From the NCBI GenBank assembly GCA_002104945.1, contig MCFH01000001.1, positions 806,001 through 870,000 of the forward strand: DNA of 64,000 nt, written 5' to 3'. Position numbers and translations under genes: made by a program. Below are positions 15,532 to 33,558 of the stretch, one piece after another (position 1 is the first letter of the stretch; every line of letters starts with the position of its first letter). The notes under the pieces were generated by a model. It had not been told where the DNA came from. It did no database searches and saw only the letters and a program-made list of their open reading frames with translations. This stretch comes from Piromyces finnis finn (lineage: Eukaryota; Fungi; Neocallimastigomycota).

Positions 15532-16828
15532 TGTATTCATTAACTCAATATATTATATTTATTTAATTTGATATACTTTTAATAATTAACATGAAAAAAA
15601 AAATGAATCAAAAGTAATAACTTAAAATTATACACTAACTTTAAATGAATTCATTTGACTATTTTTTAATTCATTTAATTATATTAAAGACAAAGCCATA
15701 ATAAATATTTTTTATAATATAAAAAGAAAAGACACATATATAATAAGTAAATTCATCGAAAGTCATTATTATAGTCATTCCTTTTTAAATCAATAAAAAA
15801 AAAAAAAAAAATCAATCGTCCGCCTGCCGGTCAATAATTGAATTGAATTGAATTGGTTACAATGAAAAGAAAAAGAAAAATCTTTCTATTATACATTCTA
15901 ATAATAACAATAACGTGTGATGCTAAATAAATCATTAATATTTAAAGTTTCCATCAAAAGTTTCTTTTCATATATTTAATATTTAAGGGTTCATTCATGA
16001 CCTGTACCGAAAAACTCAAATTTGTTGTTCTATTATAGTTTAAAATTATATATTTTTTTTTAATTAAATAAATTAATTGAACTGTTTTATTTTTAAAATA
16101 TAAAACCAGAAAAAAAAAAAGTAAAGAAAAAGTTTTTTCTCTTTTTTTTTATGTTTTTAATTTATAAAAATATCAATATACCATAATAATAGTATATTTA
16201 CTATTATTCTTTAAAAAAAAAAAAAAAATAGTACATAAAGGATTTAAAAAATTAAATTGTTTTAATCCAATATCTATTACTTTTTTTTTTTCATCCTTAT
16301 TAATATATATTATTATTTATTACTATTTTTAAAAGATTCTATTATATATATCATCATCATTTATATACAACTTTTAGTTTTTAATTTTTTATCCTTTTTT
16401 TCAAAAATATATATATTTAATACTTTATACTTTATTATTCAAATAAATAATATAAAAAATCATCATCATTATTATTATTAGTATTATTAATACTATATAA
16501 ATAATACAAATAGAATATTTAATAATATTCTTTTTTAGAAAATAGTTTAGAATGGATATATATAAAAATATATCAATATATCTATAATTTAGTAAAAATA
16601 ATAAAGCTATATTACAAAGATAAAAAAAAAAATAATGATATAATTCAATAGCAAAGAAATATATAATATTCGAAAATTAAAAATGAAAAAAATATTGAAT
16701 AAAACAACAACAACAACAAACTAAAAAAAGAAAAGTGTCTTTGAATAATAAATCATATAAAATCATATATTATAAAAAATAAAAATTAAAAATAAATAAA
16801 TCAATACATATAGTGAAAGAGAATTTAA

Positions 16829-16859
<31 letters not shown>

Positions 16860-17221
16860 AACATACATTTGATTATTTTTCATATTTTATTTTTAAAGAT
16901 AAATATGAAAATTTTTGAAATATAAAAATTTTGATACTTTGTAAAAGTAATACTCTTAATCAAATAAAAGTATAATAAACTAATAAAATATTAAAACAAT
17001 AAAAAAAATAATAATAATAAAAAATGTGTTTAAGAAAAATACCTAATAATATTAAATATATAAACGAAATTACTGATATATTTTTATCCATATGTAAAGA
17101 AGTGGATATAGGTATTTTTTATCTATCTTTATAGGTTTTTTTTTTTTTTTTTTTTTAGAAATAATAACAATTTATATTTCTGTTTTCATTATATAATACA
17201 TAATATATCTTTATCTTTAAT

Positions 17222-17977
17222 ATGTTTAAAGAACCTTCAGAGGCTACAACAACTCCTATTATGGTAGCCTATCCAGAATTAAATAGTTATGACCAAAAAA
17301 TATGGGATAATCTTTTTTCTTCATTTAGTGAAGAATTATTATTTCTTCAATCTAAATATCCTCATTTTGGTTAGTATTAGAGGGGAAAGAAAAAAAAAAA
17401 AAAAAAAAAAAAAAAAGAAATGTATTATTGTTACTATTGTCTCATAAATTTTAATATTAATATTTTCATAAAATAACATTTTTTTAAAAAAAAAAAAAAA
17501 AAGTAATGATAGTCTTTTTAAAAACTTTATAAAAAAAAAAACATATTAATTATTTTTTTTAACAAATATATATATATATATTAGATTTAAAAAACATGAT
17601 TTACTACATTAGTGATAACGGGCTTAGTACTATAGATCCAAATAATGTTGATGATTTCATTAAAACTGCTAAATATCTAAAAAGAAAAATAAGAGGTAAT
17701 TTGCTTTCAAAAATTGAATAGTTTTTTTTTTTTTTTTTAATATCCTATATAAAATACAAATAAGATATAAATTAACACTTTTATATTTTAATAACAAATA
17801 GAAATAAAATTTTTTCGTTTTATATCTCGTTTCTTCGTTTTTCACCGATGTATCACAAATCAAAGTAAATTCTATAACTTATTATAATTTTTTTTTTTTT
17901 TTTTTTTATGGTTTTTATATGAAATTAAAATAATATATTTTTATATAGATTACTATAATAAGCCTTCACATAATTAA
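17222..17977 (+). CDS. Small 3-exon hypothetical protein, 95 aa (not in the ORF track)
   Basis: Exons 17222-17369, 17585-17695, 17949-17977 with GT-AG introns, both phase 1. Translation: MFKEPSEATTTPIMVAYPELNSYDQKIWDNLFSSFSEELLFLQSKYPHF/DLKNMIYYISDNGLSTIDPNNVDDFIKTAKYLKRKIR/DYYNKPSHN*. The exons are richer in G/C than their flanks. Confidence 0.7.
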
Positions 17978-18381
17978 TATATATTATAACTTTTGGGAAA
18001 TATATACCTCTATAGATTTATATAGAATCATCTTAAATGTTATAAAGTTATGAATATATAATATATACAACATTATCATCCCCTTATCTTAAATTAACAT
18101 TCATTTTCCATATATTAAATATATATTCATAATAATTTTCATTACTATTATCATATACTAAAATAAAATAGAACCTATAAAAGTAATAACCTTTTTTATT
18201 TAAAAGAAAAAAAAAAAAAGTATATGTTTAATTATTTACTTATTCCCTTTTCTACTACTATATATTTTGTGTGTTATAGATTAAATTTTATTAATATTAA
18301 TAAATTGTTTAAATATAGAGTTTAAATGTGATATGTAATATCATTTTCTTTATTTAAAAAAAAAATACTTTATTTTATTTT

Positions 18382-19102
18382 TTAGGAATTTGTGGTAGTA
18401 GTAGTAGTAGTTCTATTATCAGTAGATATTAAAGCAATGCTTGAGTTTGTTTCATTTGTAATGTTATTATCATTTCTATTACTTCTATTTCTTATAGAAA
18501 ATTGAATATTATTTTGGGGACTTGTTGAAGTGGTATAAATATAATTATTATTTGATAATGAATTATGTTGATTCGATGAATTTGAAGATAAATGTATTGT
18601 ATTTAAATTTTCTAGGCTAGTGTCATTATTAGTATTATTGTTATTGTTATTATTATTATTAGTAGTAGTAGTAGTAGTAGTAGTTGTTGTTGTTGTTGTT
18701 GTAGCATTTATAGTATTATTATTATTTTCTGAAGAACTATCAGATTCTTCATCTGAACTTGAACTTGAATTTTCTCGACTTCTAGATCTGTGTCTGGAAA
18801 TAATATGAAAGGTTTGAATATCATTATTATTAACAGTCATTGTTCGACGTTCAGTTGAAACAAATCTAGTTCTAGTCACACCAGTATTTGAAGATCTTTG
18901 TGAACCAATTCTTGGTCTCAAATAAGAGTAGTTATTATTTGAAGAGAATGAATTAGAAATTGGAGGACTTATTCCTTTTTTTTTTTTTTTTGAATACAAA
19001 ACAATATAGTTTGTATATTTTTATATTTAGTGAAAATAGAAATGATTAGAAAATATTATAAAATGAAAAAAAAAAAATAATAATTATTATTATTATTATT
19101 AC

Positions 19103-19156
<54 letters not shown>

Positions 19157-19175
19157 GTTTATTATTATTATTATG

Positions 19176-19228
<53 letters not shown>

Positions 19229-19229
19229 G

Positions 19230-19273
<44 letters not shown>

Positions 19274-19274
19274 G

Positions 19275-19329
<55 letters not shown>

Positions 19330-20632
19330 GCCTATGTTTATATTTATTATTCATATAATTTCTTAGGGAAAAAAAAAAAAAAACATTTGAAATTTCAATT
19401 TTATTTTTTAATTCAATATATATATGTATATTTTTCTTACTTTCATGACGTCTCAATAATTGTCTTCTAGTTAAAGCTGGAGGGTTTCGCTGTGAACCAT
19501 TTATATCAGAATTGTTATCAGAACTATTGGAAAATAAGATAGTTTCTAGTTCATTATTATTGCTCTCATTATTTTCATTTTCGCTATCGGTATTCATAGA
19601 ATCATCTGAATCACTTGAATCAGAATTAAATGAAGATAAACTACCCAAACTTTCTGGTGTAATATTCATTGCACCATCAGTGTCAAATAGACGATCTATA
19701 ATTGAACGAAAATCGAGTCTTCTTCTTGTATAATTATCTATATCATCATCGGAATTAGAAAATGCATTTCTTGTTCTTATTCTATTTCTTCTTAAAATAT
19801 CATCATTATTCCATATTGAAGAAAGTGGTTGGTTATACTGAAATATATCTAAATATCCTTCTTTAATATCATCTGAATCTATGTCATTAGAAGGAAAATT
19901 AAATACATCTCTTTCATGGGGTTGCAATCTTTTCCATATTATATTATTTTTATTGAAATTAAATCAAATTAAATTTGTTTTAAATTATTTATTATATTCA
20001 AATATTTGTTAAAAAATATATAATAATATAATATTATTTAGTATTTAATATCGAAGATTTTAATTAAAACATTTAAATTGAACTATTTATTCAAAGTATA
20101 TTTTATTTTGTCCTTTTCAACATTCATTGATTGTAAAATGGTATGGTTTTATTTATATAAAAATTTAAATATTTTTTTTTTTTCATAGTTGTATTATCCA
20201 TATATATATATATATTTTTTTTTTAAATATTTTAAATTGACATTTTTTAATATTTATTTTTATTATACACAAGTATAATATAATTTATTATATAGAAATA
20301 TGAAAAGATTATTATTTACCTATATATATAATATTTAATATATTTTTTAATTAAAATAGTATATATTATTACATTTTAATAAAATATATATATAGATATA
20401 TTTTAAATAACAGCTAGTTAATAAAAAGTCATATAGTTAAAAAGAGTTCTTTTTGATAAACCTACCCTTCCCAAACTAAAAATACTAAACCTTCCTTGGT
20501 GGGTATAGTTAGGCTATTTACCATAGCTTCAAATAGATTTTTTAATTCGGTTGGTTGTAGTTTTTTCATTTGAGATATAATATTATAGGTCTCATAGGAA
20601 TCTTCATAATCATAACCAATTGACCTTCCCAT
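18382..20632 (-). CDS. Hypothetical protein: ~65-aa ordered-looking N-terminus followed by an acidic/Ser/Asn/Thr-rich disordered region, 3 exons
   Basis: Exons 20466-20632 (MGRSIGYDYED...LVWEG), 19441-19928 and 18382-18974. Donors GG|GTAGGT and A|GTAAGA; phases fit. The intron at 18975-19440 contains an (AAT)n run. Confidence 0.65.
19080..19327. repeat. (TTA)n microsatellite with TGTT interruptions, inside a predicted intron
   Basis: Directly visible; it explains the spurious poly-Ile tail of ORF 19046..19927. Confidence 0.9.
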
Positions 20633-22704
20633 TTTAATTTGTTTTTTTTTTCTTATATTAAAAACTATTATTAGTATATATTTAATTCTTTGAATAAAAA
20701 AGAAAAAAAAAAAAAAAAAAAAGAATTATTTTATAAAATTATTAGTATATGAAAATTAAAAAAAAAGGAAGCAAAGAAATGGATATAGGAAAGAGAGATA
20801 AAAAAAAAAAAAGCAGTGATATACCAATAATCAATTAATTAATTAGTTATTTTGAAAGTTGTGCGTGACCTTTAATAATATTTCTTTATATATTAAAAAA
20901 GTAAATGCATAAAATTTTTGGGTAAATTTTTTACATAATAAAATAATAAAGAAAATTAATTAATAAATTAATGGAATTTCTATTTGAAACATTTACTTTC
21001 TTACATTATTAAAAAAAAAAAAAAAAGCAAAAGTATTCATAGTCGAATTAATAAAATGAAAAAAAAAAAAACTTAATTATTATTGAAAATGTTATATGAA
21101 TGTCCAATTAACATAAATATTACCAGTTGTTTCAGTTTTATACGTTTAAAGCTAATATTATTTGATTAATATATATCTATATACTGGGTATAGAAAAGGA
21201 GAAAATGATTCCTTTTATCGATGACAGTAATAAAATAAATTTATTTATAGCTTTATTATTTATTAATTACACTAAAACAAAAAAAAAAAGTTATCCATAA
21301 AGCGGAATAGATTAATAATAATGACGATAATAATAATATTATTATTAATAATTACTAATTATTCCTCTTTTATTTATTTTTTAATGAATAAACTTTCTTG
21401 TTTATATTTTTGGTAAATTCATTTTCTTCATTTATAAGAAATTTTTATAATATAACTATTATAGTTTTGAATTAATAAAGTTTTCTTAATTATTCCATAC
21501 TAATGACATATGACTATATTTTTAGCTTATAATTTTATAATATATTATGTATATTTTTACTTTAATTACCTATAAATTAAATGCAATCCTATATTGATAT
21601 TTTCCTCTATTGATATTTCAAATTGTAAATACTAATAATTTTTTTTTGTCTTCATTAATGACATTTAACGATGATGTAATCAATATGATAGAATTATAAT
21701 AGAATTATCTTTTAACTTTTACAAGATCCAAATACTCAAATAACTCAAAAATAAAAAATTTTTTTTTATTATTTTTTACTTTAAATGTATTGTAACTGTT
21801 AAGATATAACTTGATATGGGTTTGTTTTGTTTTGTCTTTGTTTTTTTTAACAAAACGAATGTAACTATAGTTTTCGTACTTTTTCCAAATCTCTTTTTTT
21901 TTGAAAAATGATAGTAACAGGAAATTTTTATTAAATAAGATTCCGAGTTATTAACATACATTTTATCTCATTTAACATTTTTATAATAGTTTTATTATTA
22001 TTGGGTTTGATTATAATATATTTTATATATTAAAAAAGGGAAAATAATTAAAAAGGTTAAAAACACAAAGATAGAAATTTATTTAATATAAAAGAAAAAA
22101 ATAATATTATAATCATTATTCAAAACTTTTTTTTTTAATATACATATAAAAAACTAAATATAAATATTAAAATAATAATAATAATAATGTATAGATGTAT
22201 AATATTTGTTATGCTTTAAACTTTTTCATTAAAATAAAGAATTAAAAATTTTGGCTTTTTTTTTCAAAATTTATAATAGCATATTTTATGATGACATTTT
22301 TACTTTAAAATTTTCTTTTTTTTTTTTTAACATTAATTGATTCTTTTGACTAGGTGAAGCGTATTAATTATTTAATTTTTTGTATAATTTATATATTCTA
22401 TGAATATAGCATTAATTCAAAATTGATTAGATTATATTTATCAAAAGGTTACCTTTATAATACATTTTATATATTCAAGGTAATAAGATATGATAATATG
22501 GTGATTATTAAAATAATGATATCTTTTTGTAATTAATTGGGAATGAATACTTTATTTTTAATATTAATACAAAAATTATCAATAGTTTTTTGTTTTATAC
22601 TTTTCTTTTGTTTCTTCATATGCAAATGAATGGATTTAATTTTTTAAGCAAATACCATTAATATATATTCTTTTATCTTGTTTGTTTTTTTTTTATATAT
22701 ATAA

Positions 22705-23439
22705 TTAATAAATTATATCTGAAATTGTATTTATCAATACATCCATATCAAGTGGTGGTAAATTATTTAAATCGTATGTGGAACAAAGGTTTAAATCTTT
22801 CATATATATACTAGCATTACGAGTATATCTTAGTAAATGTTCTCCATTTCCATTAATCCATGAAATTTCACCAAGAGCAAACATCATTTCAATTGTAGAA
22901 GGAGGTGAAAGAGGTCCATGACTTTTATTATACATGAAACCTAACGGGAAACTATCATGAAGCCAAATAAATTTTTCTTCAAAATGTTTTAAAAGGAAAT
23001 TTTTTGCTTCTTCTTTACCTAGAATCTCATAAGTTACTGTGATAGCATAAATTGATGGGCAAGGTCTTAAATCAAATAAATCTTGCCAGTAACGATAATA
23101 GTTTCCAATAGCAAAGCCATTTTTTGTAACTAAACTTTCTTGAAAAGTACCATTGGATAAAGCAATATTGAATAAAAGAAGAGGAGTAACAGAAGATGGT
23201 GAAAAATCTGATTTACGTAGTGAACTTCTTTCTACTGTAACTACACCATTGTCTGTTCTTTCATATCTTTCATCAAATTGTCGACTACTACTGCTTCTAT
23301 CAAAAGGACGTCTCTCATTATTATTAATTGAAGGAATCATATCGTATGATGATTCATCTATATCAACTACCTTTCCCATAGAAAATGCTTTTCTGTTAAA
23401 AATATTTACAACTTTTCTATTATTTTCACGAGCAAACAT
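22705..23439 (-). CDS. Intronless hypothetical protein, 244 aa, no recognised domain
   Basis: Clean ATG-to-TAA ORF with normal-complexity composition in otherwise very AT-rich DNA. Confidence 0.7.
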   Translation of the reverse strand: MFARENNRKVVNIFNRKAFSMGKVVDIDESSYDMIPSINNNERRPFDRSSSSRQFDERYERTDNGVVTVERSSLRKSDFSPSSVTPLLLFNIALSNGTFQESLVTKNGFAIGNYYRYWQDLFDLRPCPSIYAITVTYEILGKEEAKNFLLKHFEEKFIWLHDSFPLGFMYNKSHGPLSPPSTIEMMFALGEISWINGNGEHLLRYTRNASIYMKDLNLCSTYDLNNLPPLDMDVLINTISDIIY

Positions 23440-24301
23440 TTTTAGTAATTATATAATTTAAAAAAAAAAAGGCGATAGTAGTAGAAAAAAGTAATTATGA
23501 AATTGAAAATAATAATTATTAAATTATATATTATCTCTTTTTTTTTAATTCAAAAATAGAATATCGAAAGTTCTTTTCTTTTTTTTTTTTTTTTCTTAAT
23601 AAAAATAAATGAACCTAAATTATTTTTATGTATTTCTTCTTTTTTTTTTTTTAAGAATATATAAAAATAAATTTTATTCAAAACTTTACTTTGTAGAACA
23701 TAAAAAATAAAATGTTATGATATATTTGTGTATGTTTTCTATTTTTTTATGAAATAGTAAAAAAAAAAAAAAAAGGATTAACTATATTGTTCAAAGTTAA
23801 TTAATTCTACAATTAATTCTACAAATACTGTATTAATAATTAAACAAAAAAAGTTTATAATGAATTAACCTCAATATTATTTAACTTTTATAATTATTAT
23901 TATTATTATTATTATTATTTTATTCTTAACTTATATTTTTTTTTATCAAATGTGAAATTTTGTTGGTGTTAGTGTTGGTGTTACTATTGTCGTTATGTTG
24001 TTATTTCTTTCAATACTTTTTTTCTTAATGTAATACAAATTTATTTCATAATAATAAAAGACTTTTTTTTAATATTTTTTTTGTTGTTTGTTTTGTTTTG
24101 TTTTGTTTTGTTTTTTGTTCTTTCCTTTTTAGAAAATGACTTTATTAAATTTTCATTAATAATAAATATTATTTTAATAATGATAATTTATTAATAGCTT
24201 TATATTTAACTCTTCAAATGAAAATATTTGTATATATATATATATATATATTTCTATTATAAAAGATATATATATTTAAATTAAAAAAGAAATTTATTTT
24301 C

Positions 24302-24332
<31 letters not shown>

Positions 24333-24554
24333 ATAGTAAATATGATGGTAATAATAGGTAAAGAAAATGATTAAGCAATAATATTATAATTATTTTTTCA
24401 TTATTATATTTTAAAATTATTTTAAAAAAAAATACATTTTAATAATTGAATTATAAAAAAAAAAAGTTTAAAGTTAATTAAATATTTATTTATTATTTCA
24501 TTATTATTATTTTTAAACTCGTTTAATTCAAACATTTCATAAACATTAAAGAAA

Positions 24555-24631
<77 letters not shown>
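24555..24631. repeat. (TTA)n microsatellite
   Basis: Directly visible. Confidence 0.9.
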
Positions 24632-24632
<1 letters not shown>

Positions 24633-26184
24633 GTTTATTATGTTTATTATTATTATTAATAATAAATAGTAAATAGTAAATAGTTGTAAAATAAAAAAAA
24701 AAAAAAGATATAAAAAAAAGTTAATTATTATTATTTTTTTTTTTTTACTTTGTCATTAATTTACTTAGCAAATGTATTATTTATCACAAATATTTAAAAG
24801 AATATCTATATTTTTTTTTTTCCTCCATGGGATGCAACATAAAATTATATAATTGTAATATAATATCTTTAAAAAAAAAAAGATTTTTTGTTCAAAGTTA
24901 AATTTTCAAATAAAAATACATTATTTCATCGAGAAAAAAAAAAAAAAAAAAGGACATTGTCTTTGACAAAATGAATATATATACTTTTTAAAAAATAGCT
25001 TTATTTTTTTTTTTTATTTATTTTTCTATTTTTAATTAGTAATAAATTCTTAAAGTGAATTTTTAATACATCTTTTAAATTATTATTAATAACTAATGTT
25101 AAATGAAATACTATTATCATCCTATCTATATATATTAAGATAAAATAAAAAAAGGTTTTTTTTTTTCTTTGTTATTGTTTTTACAAAATAATAAATTTAT
25201 TATTGTTGTTATTGTTATTATTGTTATTGTTATTATATTTTAATTTAAAATATATACTTTTTTTTTTTTTGTTTGTTTTTTTTTTTTTCTTGTTTTTTGT
25301 TTTGTTTTTATTTTTTTTTTTTTTTTTTTTTTGTTTTATATATATATGCCATTTTTTCGTTTTTTGTTTTTGTTTTTTGTTTTTTTTTTTTTTTTTTTTA
25401 TTTTTGAAAAAATATAAATTTATAACCATGATATTTAAATATAAAATGATTATAGATTTTAAAATTAAACCATCTTACATTTTAAATCATTTAATAACAT
25501 CTTTTTTTTTTTTTTTTCCTTTATTTTATTAAATAAAATTGAATTTTATAAAAATAATAATAGTAAAAAAAAAAAAAGAAAGAGCAATCATGATTTAATT
25601 TTTATAAAACGATTGTAAAATAATTAATAAATAAATAAATTATTAACATTAATAATAATAGGGAAAAAAAGAAAAACTAATAATACTAATAATAATAACA
25701 ATAATAACAATTAAAAAAATAATTAATAATATTAATAACAATAAAAAAAAAAAAAAAGATTGAAAAAATAAATTATATAAAACTACTTTTCCTTTTTTTT
25801 TTTTTTTTTTTTTTTTTTTTCTTCCTTGATTTTGTTAATTATATTACGGTATTAGAAATCTCATTATAATGATAATGTTTTAAAAGTTAGATATTAATTA
25901 AAAATTCAAGGTAAAATTATTTTAAACATATAATAGATTTTACTCCTTTTTTTTTACTATATATTAAAATATATTTTTTTTATTATTTAAAAGATATATA
26001 TAGAATAGTTTTTTGTTTTCGTTTTTTGTTTTGTTTTGTTTTTTGGATAGTTAACTTTTTTTTAGTATAGAGGTTATAATTTTTGGTTGTTAATTTTTTT
26101 TTTTTATTTTAGTTGTTGATATTTTTCCATTTGGTAGTATTATAAGGTTGTTATAATTGTTATAAAAAAAAAGATTTTTTTTTT

Positions 26185-30010
<3,826 letters not shown>

Positions 30011-31216
30011 TAGTTCATTTGTTGCGTATGTTTATAAAAAACTATAGCGATTGAACATTTAATAAAATATATAATTTTAATTAAATTGATAAGTATTGTT
30101 ATGTTTATTGCATATACAAATTTCCTGTTTTATATAATATACAATTGATAATTATGAAAAAAACTAGATAAATAATTTCTTTAAATATAAATATAGTAAT
30201 TCCTTGTTATTTATGAAAATAGAAATTGTAAACATATATATATATTATACTATACTGTTAAATATATATATATATATATTTTTTTTTTTTTGTTTTGTTT
30301 TGTTTTGTTAATTTTAAGTGTATAAAAATGTGAAGAAAAGTTTTTTTCTTTTTTTAAAAAAAAAAAGATTTTTAATATTATTAAGATAGATAGATATAGA
30401 TAATATGTCAATTTATATTAAAATATCAGTACTTTTCCTTATAAAAAAATATCTTTATTATAATTATACTTTCGTTGATATATGTGTGTAGTTTTATCAA
30501 GTCTTATAAATTATTATTATTTTTCTTTATATTTTTTCAAAAAAAAAAAAAAAATTAAATTAGCTAATCCTTTTTATTTGAAAAACCAAATAAAAAATTA
30601 CATATAAACTAGTTTTCAAATGTCCTTTTATTATCCAGTTTATTTATATGCGTATTATAATAGCAATGTTCCTTAATATGGAAGGGAGGAATTAAAGAAA
30701 GAAGCTTTTTTTTTTTTAAATTTATTATCTCAATATAAAATTTGATTTGCCCTTTTTTATTTATATTCTTTTTTAAGATTTTTAATAAAATTATTGGATT
30801 TACTTTTTTTTTTTTTCTTGCTTTATAGATATATATTTATTAAATGATATAAATATAAAATAAGTGTATTATTAAATACATTGATATTTTTATTGACAAT
30901 TAAATGTTACAAAGAAAAGTATGTATTATTGAGAATTATATTTATTAAATTAAATTTATTTCTAAAGTTATTTATTGTATTTAAGAAAATGGTCAATATA
31001 TATTATATAATGATATATAATGATATATATTTATTCTTTATATAAATAGTTTTTTTATTTTTACTATTTATATTTTATTTTTTAAAAAAAAAAAAAAAGA
31101 AAAAGAAATATTTCATTTAAAAAGATTTTCCTTTTCTTTTCTTCTTTATTTATAAAATAAAATAAAATAAAATAGAAATAACTACAAATTTTTCAATAAA
31201 GAAATAAAAAGTTTTT

Positions 31217-31217
<1 letters not shown>

Positions 31218-31259
<42 letters not shown>

Positions 31260-31268
31260 GTTAGTTAG

Positions 31269-31299
<31 letters not shown>

Positions 31300-31470
31300 G
31301 TTAGTTAGTTATTTATTTATTTAGTTATTTATTTATTTAGTTAGTTAGTTATTTATTTATTTATTTATTTATTTAGTTATTTATTTATTTATTTATTTAT
31401 TTAGTTATTTATTTATTTATTTAGTTACTTATTTAGTTATTCATTTATTTAGTTATTTATTTAGTTATTT
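31218..31470. repeat. (TTTA)n/(TTAG)n compound tetranucleotide microsatellite
   Basis: Directly visible TTTA units interspersed with TTAG variants. Confidence 0.9.
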
Positions 31471-32953
31471 ATTTATTTATTTATTATTAAATTGAAATGA
31501 ATCATTTCTAACTTAAATTTATTCTAATATATATTATTTTATATTATATAATTTATTATTCAATATATAAAAAGTACTTTACATTTTTTACATATTTATT
31601 TAAACATTTATGTATTTATTCATTTAATCTCTTTTTTAATATATTAGATTATATTCTATTTATTTATTTCACTTAAATATTATATTTATTAATATACATG
31701 TTTATATATAGATTTTATATAGTTCAGTATATTATGAAATCAGCAAATTTTGAAAATTATTATTCCTTTTATAATATTATTTTTAAAAGAAAAGGTATCA
31801 AAACTAAGCAACGGCGGTACAATAACAATAAAAAAAAAAAAAAATGCATCGCAACAATGTATAAGTTACTGAATTTCATTAACTTTATTTTAATTATATG
31901 AATGTTGGCATTTCTTTTTAAATATATTTAAATATATTCATATTAATATATATAGTTATTTATTCATACAATTATATTTTTATAAAAACATAAAACCTTA
32001 AATATTACATATATATAAAACAATCTATGTTATTAAAAAATAAACATTAATGATGATAAGGCAATAATTATTACCTATTGCTTTCCTTAATCTAATTTTA
32101 TTTTTTCTATAATTATTATTATCATAATAAATTTTAAAACTATTAATAAATGTTTTTTCTTCCAATTAGAATTTTATTAATTATATTTTAAATATAATGG
32201 TAGAAAATAAAAAATAATATAATCAATATTTAAAGCAATATGAAAGAAATAAAATTCAAAGTTTTAAATTTTATTGATAATAAAGTTTAATATTCCTTAA
32301 CAAAATATGATGATATAAATTTAAATTAAAAAGTAATTTATATAATACATAATCAAATGTACTTTTAACTTTTTAAACTTTACATATAAAACTAATTGAC
32401 TAATTGTTGTTAATGAAAGAAAGAAAGCACATGAAGAAAGAAGAAATTGAAATATTTTATTCTATAAAAACTTGTTTTTTTATAAAATTTATGTGTATAA
32501 TAATATTCCACATAAAAATATATTTATAATTTATTAAACAAATAAATTGATGGAAGGTTATACCATGAAATTCAAATGTTACTGGAGAGTCAAAAAGAAT
32601 TGCAAGACACCTTCTTGATTGAAATTATTATTTTAAACATTTTTTTTGAAAAGTGACATTTTTTTTTTCTAAACTTTATTTTATATACAAATCAAATTAT
32701 CAATAAATTAATTATTTTTTCGAAATTTTAATATATATTAAAATATCTTTTAAACTTTAATTTATATCAAATATTAAAAAATGGTAATTCTATTATGATT
32801 ATACATGAATATATTGTAGTAATATAATATTAATAAAATTAGATTAATTAAAAAGAATGGAGAAAGTCAAAAATAAAAAGGTGAGTTGGTTAATAAATAA
32901 TTCATTAATGTTTGTTTTTATTATGAAAATAAAATCTTAATATTTTTCTTATC

Positions 32954-33558
32954 AGTATTAGTATTAGTATTAGTATTAGTATTAGTATTAGTATTAGTAT
33001 TAGTATTAGTATTAGTATTAGTATTAGTATTAGTATTAGTATTAGTATTAGTATTAGTATTAGTATTAGTATTAGTATTAGTATTAGTATTAGTATTAGT
33101 ATTAGTATTAGTATTAGTATTAGTATTAGTATTAGTATTAGTATTAGTATTAGTATTAGTATTAGTATTAGTATTAGTATTAGTATTAGTATTAGTATTA
33201 GTATTAGTATTAGTATTAGTATTAGTATTAGTATTAGTATTAGTATTAGTATTAGTATTAGTATTAGTATTAGTATAGTATTAGTATTAGTATTAGTATT
33301 AGTATTAGTATTAGTATTAGTATTAGTATTAGTAGTAGTAGTATTAGTATTAGTATTAGTATTAGTATTAGTATTAGTATTAGTATTAGTATTAGTATTA
33401 GTATTAGTATTAGTATTAGTATTAGTATTAGTATTAGTATTAGTATTAGTATTAGTATTAGTATTAGTATTAGTATTAGTATTAGTATTAGTATTAGTAT
33501 TAGTATTAGTATTAGTATTAGTAGTAGTATTAGTATTAGTATTAGTATTAGTATTAGT
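32954..33558. repeat. (TTAGTA)n hexanucleotide tandem array, ~600 bp (~100 units)
   Basis: Nearly perfect run with a few TAG-only interruptions; it produces the spurious poly-IL ORF 33270..33671. Confidence 0.95.

Noticed and set aside
19046-19440. Poly-Ile C-terminus, or a possible poly-Asn exon inside the 18975-19440 intron
   Set aside because: No acceptor gives the Asn frame from the phase-1 donor without a stop; treated as an intronic microsatellite.
24790-24845. Short resemblance to the last kinase exon (aaagaatatcta, ccatgg)
   Set aside because: The matches are in a different order and are short; probably chance.
25181-25532. Lys-rich and Phe-rich ORFs
   Set aside because: Products of poly(T)/(TTTTG) low-complexity DNA.
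32550-32620. MEGYTMKFKCYWRVKKNCKTPS*, reminiscent of a MULE FLYWCH/WRKY finger
   Set aside because: Only 22 codons, with an incomplete metal-ligand pattern.
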